A stretch of DNA of 32,000 bases from contig NZ_JADGMI010000010.1 in the NCBI RefSeq assembly GCF_015234305.1, positions 8,752-40,751 of the forward strand. Direction: 5' to 3'. Position 1 is the stretch's first letter, and the number at the start of each line of letters is the position of its first letter. The translations under genes were made by a program, and so were the position numbers. Below, piece by piece: positions 24,365 to 32,000 of the stretch. The stretch comes from Superficieibacter sp. 1612_C1 (GTDB lineage: Bacteria; Pseudomonadota; Gammaproteobacteria; Enterobacterales; Enterobacteriaceae). The notes below the pieces were generated by a model. It was not told the DNA's origin. It saw nothing but the letters and a program-made list of their open reading frames with translations, and ran no database searches.

Positions 24365-26146
24365 CTATATCTGCTGGCTGCGATGATACAGTTCGGCAAT
24401 CCAAGGTGAATGTTTACCCTTTTCATAAACCATGTGCAGCTCTTTTCGAGGACGGGTGACGCCTACATAAAAGAGGCGACGGGCCTCGCGAAGGGCATTA
24501 TCTGAAGCTAGATCTCGCTTACTCGGGAAGTCATATTTATTTACCCCAAACATTATGGCTACATCAAATTCTCGGCCTTTTGCACTATGAAGAGTGCTAA
24601 GGGTGATGCGCCCAGTTCCTTCTACTTTCCCAGCGAATACATCCAGAGCCATATCCAGTCCCCTGAGGGGATCGGTTCGTTTCAGTAACTCAGAGATGAC
24701 ATCCCATTCCTGCTGAGTGTTCTGTGATATACCCATCCAGCCGGTGATGATCTCATCATTTAAACGTCTCAGCCACTCGTGAGCACTTTCCGCTTTATCA
24801 ATTCCGTTTCGTAAAAAAGTGATGAGCTGTACGGTCAGTAATTGTTCTTCAGCACGGCTTGCGCGGCGGCCATAAACAAGAAAGAGCGCCTGACCCAGTA
24901 AGAGGTTAAATGGTGGAGAGGCTTCTTTCCATCCCCCAGTTACCCACTGACTGCAGGCTTCGATGAAACGGGCAAGACGAGAATTGCGCTTAATGAGAGC
25001 ATTACCGTCAGCACGTATTATGGCAATATTTCTGGCCTTGAACTCATCCGCAACTTTATCGCCAAGCCAGGCTGCCCGGTAAAGAACCCCGATGCGTTCA
25101 GGCTGAAACCCTCTTTCAAACAACGAGGGAATTAGATTATGAGCGATAAAATGCGCCTGTGCGTCATAATCGCCATTAATCCCATGGAATCCTAACTCTC
25201 CCTCTGGATTACCATCGGGGCCAACATAATCGCGGTCTTCTCCCAGCGCCCCTAGTGATGCCCTGATAATTTTCGCGCCAGATCGATAATTGAAGCGAAG
25301 ACGGAACGGTCTTACATCTGCCCGTGAAACAAGACTGTCCAGTAGCCCTGGATTTGCACCATTAAATCCGTAAATGGACTGATCTGCATCACCGACCGCA
25401 AACAATCGTATTCCACCGTTAAAGCACAGCAGCAGAACCAACTCATGAAGAGCGTGCCCCAGATCCTGATATTCATCTACAAACAAAACAGGATAGCGCG
25501 ACCGGATAGCATTACGTATCCATTCATGCTCGCTAATAATACGAAAAGCGATGAGTGGCATATCATCAAAGTCAATCAGTCCTAAGCGCCGAAGTTCTGC
25601 CTCATAACCTTCAATAAAATCTGCCAGCTCCGGATTGTTATTCCGCCAAGCCGGTAGGAGTCGGTTCACATCCCGGCGTCGTTTCTCTTCTGCAAATTTC
25701 CACCGTGCATGAGGATCTCCGACAGCTCCGAATCTAGCCTGGTAAGCCACTTCAACAGCCGCGCGACTCTCATCTCTGGTCGCCACACGAAAATCATCCG
25801 GCAGCAAACCAGGTATACATCGTGAGTAGGGGATTAAAACCTGATTTAATGCAAAGCTATGCACGGTACCAATAAAGTTCCGATCATCGCCAATGACGTT
25901 AAAGCATGCCAGACGTCCTTCAAGTTCAGAAGCGCATTCATTGTTGTAAGTAATACAGGCCACGCCTCGGGGGTCAGCGACCTCTTCAATCAGGGCACGT
26001 GCCATGGCGGTCGTAAGTGTTTTGGTTTTCCCGCTGCCTGGCCCAGCAATAACTACGCAGTGGCGGGGGTATGTGGCCGCAGCGTACTGCTCTCTGTTCG
26101 GCAATAGCTCATTCAGAGCCTCCGAAAGTGCGCGCCGGTCAGACAT
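24365..26146 (-). CDS. gajB: GajB: UvrD/PcrA/Rep-like superfamily-1 helicase of a Gabija system
   Basis: Walker A is VIAGPGSGKTKT, motif II is FVDEYQD, and the late motifs are TLHSAKGREFDVA and YVGVTRPRKEL. The likely start is the ATG at 26146 (MSDRRALSE), overlapping the gajA stop (ATGTCTGA). The track ORF begins at 26194. Confidence 0.85.
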   Translation of the reverse strand: MSDRRALSEALNELLPNREQYAAATYPRHCVVIAGPGSGKTKTLTTAMARALIEEVADPRGVACITYNNECASELEGRLACFNVIGDDRNFIGTVHSFALNQVLIPYSRCIPGLLPDDFRVATRDESRAAVEVAYQARFGAVGDPHARWKFAEEKRRRDVNRLLPAWRNNNPELADFIEGYEAELRRLGLIDFDDMPLIAFRIISEHEWIRNAIRSRYPVLFVDEYQDLGHALHELVLLLCFNGGIRLFAVGDADQSIYGFNGANPGLLDSLVSRADVRPFRLRFNYRSGAKIIRASLGALGEDRDYVGPDGNPEGELGFHGINGDYDAQAHFIAHNLIPSLFERGFQPERIGVLYRAAWLGDKVADEFKARNIAIIRADGNALIKRNSRLARFIEACSQWVTGGWKEASPPFNLLLGQALFLVYGRRASRAEEQLLTVQLITFLRNGIDKAESAHEWLRRLNDEIITGWMGISQNTQQEWDVISELLKRTDPLRGLDMALDVFAGKVEGTGRITLSTLHSAKGREFDVAIMFGVNKYDFPSKRDLASDNALREARRLFYVGVTRPRKELHMVYEKGKHSPWIAELYHRSQQI

Positions 26147-27923
26147 TCGACACCACATATTGAATAGCTGAAGCGATATACTCCGGCGGCGCAAGCCCAG
26201 GTGCTTTTTGCTTCAGCTTGGCAGCCAACCGTCCTTTACCTATGTCAGATATCATCGCGAGAAGTTGCGTCGGGTCTGGAACCATACCGGCACGCCATGA
26301 AGCAATCCTTGATGAACGTAACACACCAAATCCCTGTTCATCGAGGATATCCAGCAGCGCTTCTTTGAGGCCAGTCGTATTGGCCACGGCGACTTCAAAT
26401 GTCTGATCGTTAAAAAAAATGCCAATCCTTTCAAATACAGGCTTACAGACTTCATAAGAACTGTTATTGAACCAATTAATATTTTCAGGGGTTAGTTTTC
26501 CCAGTTTTTCCGATACATCACTATATGCTTGCCAGATACCAATTGAACGGGTTTTACCCATCGATTGTTTCGTACCATCCAGTGGGTCCCAGTCGGTTAC
26601 GACGGAAAAAGGTAGTCCGAGGCTGGCTGCCAGCTTCACGTATGGTTCAAAATTAACTCCCGCTACGTTACATACCGTAATCCCAAGCTGGTCGAGATTG
26701 ATCCCCATGGCCTGTGCGAAACCTGGAAGTAAAACCTCCTCAGCATCGCCTTCAACAAATATTACACCGTTAGCAAAAAGCAACTCCGATCTGGTTGCTG
26801 TTAAATATCGTTCAATGTCGTCGAGTTCTTCACTGGTTACTGGCAGATCGGCTAGGGAGAAAGCTCGAGATCGCCCTTCAGGATCCCTGCAAATGCGAAC
26901 AACAGAACGGAGAGGAGCAATGGTTGCCAGCGTGGGAGAATGGCTCGTTACAATCAAAGACTGATCTTTGGCGGCATTATTGAAGAGTTTGTCAAAAACA
27001 GCGCGCTGAAGCTGTGGGTGAAGGTGTGCTTCGGGTTCTTCAATACAAAGCAGGGAGAAATTACGTTCATTCTTTTCACGTCGCCATGCAAACTCTGCTA
27101 GCTTGAGTGATATCAGAGCCACGTTCGCAGAACCCAGGCTGGCTTCAATGATGCCTCTCTTTCCATCATCAATGAACATAGAGATAGAACGCATCAATCT
27201 GAGCGGGTCAGCAGGTGCAAAACGGAGGCGGGCATCTAAATCATGAGCAGTTCCAGCCAGGTCAAGAATGCCACCACGAAGAGAATCTTCGAGATCCTTA
27301 ATTGATGGGAACTTCTCCATGGTTTCCGTTGCTGCCTGAAGCTCAGTTGCTACGCGATCCAAATCGGCTCGGCTCAGTGAAGAGAATGCATCTTCCAATA
27401 AGGGGCGTAGCGGAGAGTTTCGCCAGGAAGCAAGTTGTGCTTCCGCATCGCGTAACGCGTCCAGCATATCAATGGAGATCCGCCGCCTGACGCGTCCAGG
27501 AATGGCTCGCGATTCCTGACCTCCGCCAAAAACAATAAACTCACAGTCCTCACCCGAACGTGGAGCCCCATCGACTTCTTCCTTTTTACGAAAAATGTAG
27601 CTCAACCTTGCTACGGTAGGATCCTCTGCGATGCGAAAATCGGTCAACAGAGCTGAGAGGGAAGGATTACTGTCGAAATCGGCGAATTCAAGGTGCACCT
27701 CAATTTGAGGGTTTGATTCAAGGTCGCAGCCATCCCAAAAATCTGACAGCTTAAGCTGCCTGGCTGAATCAGGCAGAGTGGGATCAATAACCAGTCGAAT
27801 TGCGAAAAGCAGATTACTTTTACCGACACGATTTTCCCCCAATAACACAACATTACCTGCCAGGGGAATATCAGCCGCCTCAAAATTTCTAAAGTTGCGG
27901 ATTCCGAGTTTTGATAAATACAT
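26139..27923 (-). CDS. gajA: GajA: OLD-family ABC-type ATPase plus TOPRIM nuclease of a Gabija system
   Basis: N-terminus MYLSKLGIRNFRNFE..LLGENRVGKSNLL (Walker A). LLCIEEPEAHLHPQLQ is Walker B/D-loop. The C-terminal Toprim reads GVIFVEGDAEEVLLP..VTDWDP. GAGGGAG SD. A helicase gene lies immediately downstream, which is the class 2 OLD / Gabija architecture. Confidence 0.85.
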   Translation of the reverse strand: MYLSKLGIRNFRNFEAADIPLAGNVVLLGENRVGKSNLLFAIRLVIDPTLPDSARQLKLSDFWDGCDLESNPQIEVHLEFADFDSNPSLSALLTDFRIAEDPTVARLSYIFRKKEEVDGAPRSGEDCEFIVFGGGQESRAIPGRVRRRISIDMLDALRDAEAQLASWRNSPLRPLLEDAFSSLSRADLDRVATELQAATETMEKFPSIKDLEDSLRGGILDLAGTAHDLDARLRFAPADPLRLMRSISMFIDDGKRGIIEASLGSANVALISLKLAEFAWRREKNERNFSLLCIEEPEAHLHPQLQRAVFDKLFNNAAKDQSLIVTSHSPTLATIAPLRSVVRICRDPEGRSRAFSLADLPVTSEELDDIERYLTATRSELLFANGVIFVEGDAEEVLLPGFAQAMGINLDQLGITVCNVAGVNFEPYVKLAASLGLPFSVVTDWDPLDGTKQSMGKTRSIGIWQAYSDVSEKLGKLTPENINWFNNSSYEVCKPVFERIGIFFNDQTFEVAVANTTGLKEALLDILDEQGFGVLRSSRIASWRAGMVPDPTQLLAMISDIGKGRLAAKLKQKAPGLAPPEYIASAIQYVVSNV

Positions 27924-27989
27924 AAAACTCCCTCTAAATGCATTACATAGGCTTTGGAAAGGTGTTGTCTGGCAAAAAGCTCATAAAAT

Positions 27990-29325
<1,336 letters not shown>

Positions 29326-29588
29326 CAAGGACGGAGGCGAAGCGAACCCTTGCGGCCGGAGCGGCCGGGTTAGCGTGAAGGCACGGCGTTTAATTCCGCC
29401 GCCGGTGAGGCGGCATAAACGTGGAGGGTACCGACCTCCTTACCGGAGCCACCTGAAAAACGGGAGATGCATTACGCAGGTTTTTAAACGGACAAGGGTT
29501 AACAGGCCGTTCTGATGTGAAACTGCGGAACCAAAAGGGGCGAAAAGACCGTCCACAGGGAGGTTTCAGAATGGAAAGAGCCGCCGGA
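29326..29588. other. GC-rich structured non-coding block abutting the IS; second candidate Frpo/ssi-type element
   Basis: Hairpins include GCCGCC-ggtga-GGCGGC (29398-29414) and GGAGG-gtaccga-CCTCC (29423-29439). Only SD-less overlapping ORFs are present. Confidence 0.35.
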
Positions 29589-29843
29589 TCAGGATGGATT
29601 TTCTTCCTCAAACGCCAGAATAACGCCCACACACATCATTCCGGCATAGCCGAGCTGCAGCAGTATTTTGCCGGCAAGGGGCATATGTTCGAAGATCAGA
29701 AGAGGAACTATCAGCAACGAACTGCCCAGAATCAGCCAGCCGCCGGTTTTTTTAAGCTGTGTCGTAATCTGCATTTGCGGCACGCCTGCACGCTGCAGAT
29801 ATTGTTCAGCCAGCTGCCTAATACGTGACTTAAAATGCTGCAT
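29589..29843 (-). CDS. Small two-TM membrane protein, third gene of the par operon
   Basis: 84 aa. A very strong GAGGAGGAGGAAT-ATG start lies 13 nt after the parR-like stop. It has two hydrophobic helices. No family recognised. Confidence 0.55.
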   Translation of the reverse strand: MQHFKSRIRQLAEQYLQRAGVPQMQITTQLKKTGGWLILGSSLLIVPLLIFEHMPLAGKILLQLGYAGMMCVGVILAFEEENPS

Positions 29844-29856
29844 ATTCCTCCTCCTC

Positions 29857-30522
29857 TCAGAATATTTTTTTCATGTTCTGCCGGAGCCTGTCAGAAGACG
29901 CTGTCGTGCTGTCCTGCTTATTCACGGGGACGTGAGCGGAGCCCTCCTGTGAAGGACAGGCCGGCGTCTGCGTCTCTGGCTGACCGGCCATCTCCTCCAG
30001 CAGGGCGACCAGAGCCTCCGGGCTTTCGGGAGGCACCGGCAGATTTGCAAGCAGGCGCGGAAGTCTTTGATCCACCGTATGGAGCGCGCACCCGGTGGTG
30101 ATAAACTGCCGGATAACCTGCCCGCGCAGCCGGGAGGGCACCGTTTCAAGCAGGGTGACAGTGATATCCTCCGCAGGCAGCTGTAGCGTCATGCGGCGAC
30201 GCTCATAATGCTCCGGATGCTCTTCTTCCTGCCAGCGACATAATGGCCAGCGGGCATCACCCGTTGATGAAACGGCCGGTCTCCCCCCGGCCAGCGCAGC
30301 CGTCAGAAAAATTATCTGCGCGGCATGCATTTTCCCGCTGAACAGCTCCGTTATCAGCGCCGGCAACCGGGTGTCTGTCCGGTACAGTACGCCCCCGGCG
30401 ATGGCTGCCGTGCGCAGAAAATCTCCCCGCAGCGGTTGTGATATGCCATCAAACGTGGCGGCAACCAGCAAATCCGTCCGGTCGTCATTATGCAGATAGA
30501 AAGTGTATTTGCCGGAAGGCAC
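29857..30522 (-). CDS. parR: ParR-like centromere-binding adaptor with a duplicated RHH module (single-chain tandem ParR)
   Basis: The GTG start lies 2 nt after the parM stop, with GAGGA upstream. Module 1 is YTFYLHNDD..RGDFLRTAAIAGGVLYRTDTRLPALITELF. Module 2 is MTLQLPAED..RGQVIRQFITTGCALHTVDQRLPRLLANL. Both resemble pB171 ParR ..RSRLNRAALTAGLALYRQNPRTPFLLCELL as remembered. Confidence 0.65.
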   Translation of the reverse strand: MPSGKYTFYLHNDDRTDLLVAATFDGISQPLRGDFLRTAAIAGGVLYRTDTRLPALITELFSGKMHAAQIIFLTAALAGGRPAVSSTGDARWPLCRWQEEEHPEHYERRRMTLQLPAEDITVTLLETVPSRLRGQVIRQFITTGCALHTVDQRLPRLLANLPVPPESPEALVALLEEMAGQPETQTPACPSQEGSAHVPVNKQDSTTASSDRLRQNMKKIF

Positions 30523-30524
30523 AG

Positions 30525-31499
30525 TCAGTCCTCGTTATAATAAAGGGCAATCTCCCTGGCGAGCGCCAGCTGTGGATCGCAGATGATTTCTGTCCGCTCC
30601 GCTGCCAGCGGCCATGCCTGGCGTACTGCATCCTCAATCAGGGGAGCACCTCCGCCAACCAGAAATATCCGGTTCACGCTGCGATAACGTGCCAGTTCGC
30701 TGACAACCAGCGCGCCCAGGGCAGATATTGCTTCCTCAATTTTGTCTGTTACATAATCAATTTTGTCACCATCATTGATGATGCTGTTCAGAAATGCACG
30801 ATCTTTTCGCCTGCGGATCACATTGTCTGCCATAAGCGGACTGGTTTCGCTTTCAGCTGTGCGCAGGGCCGCCTGCGCGGCACGCGTCACCACAGAGACA
30901 CCCACGCCCGTATTACCGTGTATGGCACTGATATCATCAAACTGCCCCACAATGATCCCCGCATCCAGCGTCGTTCCCCCGAGATCGATAATCATGGACG
31001 TTTCTTCCGGCCCCGGTTTCAGCTCAGCCAGCCTGCTGAACGCCGCCGGCAGGGACTCAGGCATCACCCTGACATCCGTGATGGTGAAGCATTCCTGCTT
31101 GTTTACCTTCAGCGTACGCAGAAGGTTTTCCCGCTTGCGCTGAATATTTACCTCATTCTTCTGGCAGTCCTGGTCATAAAATTCGCTGAGGGGCAACGTC
31201 ACCGTCAGGGTGATCTTCCGGGGCGATAAACCGCTTGTAAGCAGGGCGTGATGCACGGCCAGGAGATTGAGATCTCCATACTGATATTCCACGTTGGTGG
31301 TAGGCACCGCATCACGGCTGACCCTGTCCCAGGTATATTTGAGCGCCCCGACCTGGTAATTAAATGCTTTCGCGCCGAACGCAGCCACTTTCCAGCCATG
31401 CCGGAAAGAGTTTGCTGAAACAGCAGTCTGTAACACCCTCTCATCAAACCATGCCAGTTTTACATTAGTGGAGCCGTCATCGCAATAAACATTCATCAT
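30525..31499 (-). CDS. parM: ParM/StbA-family actin-like plasmid segregation ATPase
   Basis: From MMNVYCDDGSTNVKLAW (phosphate-1 motif). IIDLGGTTLD is phosphate-2 and FLVGGGAPLI is the adenosine motif. AAGGTG SD lies before the ATG at 31499. The track ORF extends to 31565. Confidence 0.88.
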   Translation of the reverse strand: MMNVYCDDGSTNVKLAWFDERVLQTAVSANSFRHGWKVAAFGAKAFNYQVGALKYTWDRVSRDAVPTTNVEYQYGDLNLLAVHHALLTSGLSPRKITLTVTLPLSEFYDQDCQKNEVNIQRKRENLLRTLKVNKQECFTITDVRVMPESLPAAFSRLAELKPGPEETSMIIDLGGTTLDAGIIVGQFDDISAIHGNTGVGVSVVTRAAQAALRTAESETSPLMADNVIRRRKDRAFLNSIINDGDKIDYVTDKIEEAISALGALVVSELARYRSVNRIFLVGGGAPLIEDAVRQAWPLAAERTEIICDPQLALAREIALYYNED

Positions 31500-31517
31500 A
31501 ATGCACCTTTTAAATAT

Positions 31518-31670
31518 CTCAAAATGAGAACAAAGAATATCTTTCGGCGCATAAATGTCAACCATAAATACTCAATATGAGAATATTAAAAGCTCTAACA
31601 TGAGAAAAACACACTATTTTTATGTAATTCTCAGATTGAGTAACTCAAAACACTCTTCACAATATGAAAA
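31518..31670. repeat. parC: Iterons of consensus ~CTCAAnATGAGAA upstream of parM; putative parC centromere/operator
   Basis: The copies are ctcaaaatgagaa (31518-30), ctcaatatgagaa (31571-83) and tctaacatgagaa (31594-606). An inverted copy ttctcagattgag is at 31628-40. A degenerate copy tcacaatatgaaaa is at 31657-70. Confidence 0.55.
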
Positions 31671-31681
31671 AACCCTGTTTA

Positions 31682-31701
31682 TACTGTATATAAATACAGT
31701 T
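31682..31701. promoter_or_regulatory. LexA (SOS) box upstream of umuD
   Basis: TACTGTATATAAATACAGTT matches the CTGT-N8-ACAG consensus perfectly. It lies 19 nt before the umuD ATG. Confidence 0.9.
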
Positions 31702-31719
31702 AAAATAAGAGTGAACGAG

Positions 31720-32000
31720 ATGAAACTGGTTATGTTATTGCCTGCCAGTGATTGTCCACCGCAGGCATTTCCGTTATTTGCCGACAGGGCATCGTGCGGG
31801 TTTCCGTCCCCGGCCCAGGACTACGTTGAGCAGGAACTTGATTTAAACGACTACTGTGTACGTCATCGCAGTGCGACGTACTACCTTCGGGCCAGCGGCG
31901 ACAGTATGCAGGATGGCAGTCTGTTCAACGGCGATCTGCTCGTCGTGGACAGCGCGGAAAAGCCGGACCACGGTGATATTGTTGTGGCCTGTATTGATGG
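31720..32000 (+). CDS. umuD: UmuD/MucA-family translesion-synthesis accessory protein (5' part; runs off the window)
   Basis: My manual translation from the ATG at 31720 gives [89 protein letters not shown]. It resembles E. coli UmuD (FPLFSDLVQCGFPSPAADYVEQRIDLN..HPSATYFVKASGDSM), with the Cys-Gly cleavage site and the Ser nucleophile motif present. It is absent from the ORF track because no stop falls in the window. Confidence 0.9.
   Translation, partial: MKLVMLLPASDCPPQAFPLFADRASCGFPSPAQDYVEQELDLNDYCVRHRSATYYLRASGDSMQDGSLFNGDLLVVDSAEKPDHGDIVVACID

Noticed and set aside
26467-26964. 165-aa + strand ORF inside gajA
   Set aside because: It is antisense to the gajA frame carrying the Toprim motifs, and is a Ser-rich low-complexity read.
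30438-31229. 263-aa + strand ORF overlapping the parR-like and parM genes
   Set aside because: It is antisense to ParM, whose actin-fold motifs are clear. The product is Cys/Arg/His-rich junk.

Overview
This window reads as part of an F-like (MPF-F / MOB-F type) enterobacterial plasmid. No database search was possible, so all family calls rest on by-eye comparison with remembered reference sequences (F tra proteins, Dcm/EcoRII, UmuD, ParR, Arc).

Minus strand, low to high coordinates: the distal tra operon runs back to its promoter-proximal end ('traI, traD', traT, traS, traG, traH, trbB, traF, 'traN, traK', traE, traL, traA). traM and oriT follow, with an F-type nic core on the + strand, and then about 14 kb of leading region.

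The transfer region is a decayed remnant with two internal deletions.
- One deletion joins traK to the 3' end of traN. It removes the block where F encodes traB, traV, traC, traW, traU and trbC.
- The other joins traD to the 3' third of traI. It removes the relaxase domain and the TraD C-terminal tail.
- oriT, traM, the pilin gene and the exclusion genes traS/traT look intact.

The leading region holds an SLT transglycosylase, a DUF932/ORF273-like gene, an antirestriction-family gene and GC-rich, hairpin-dense non-coding blocks that are candidate Frpo-type ssDNA promoters. It also holds a more AT-rich insert of about 8 kb, carrying an EcoRII-like type IIE R-M pair, a two-gene Gabija system (gajA/gajB) and an IS110-family element.

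Beyond the insert lie a parM / tandem-ParR / iteron partition locus and a LexA-boxed umuD that runs off the window end.

Less standard items:
- A 213-226 aa protein with two Arc-like RHH modules sits on the opposite strand where traJ/traY would be.
- The ParR is a single chain with a duplicated RHH module.
- TraG has a roughly 300 aa low-complexity C-terminal expansion containing a 234-bp tandem duplication.
- A ccdAB pair plus an orphan acidic ORF are inserted between traT and traD.
- TrbB has a CXXS motif where CXXC is expected.

I did not find a clearly unprecedented multi-gene system. The defence genes belong to known families, and the novelty lies in their context and in the regulators.
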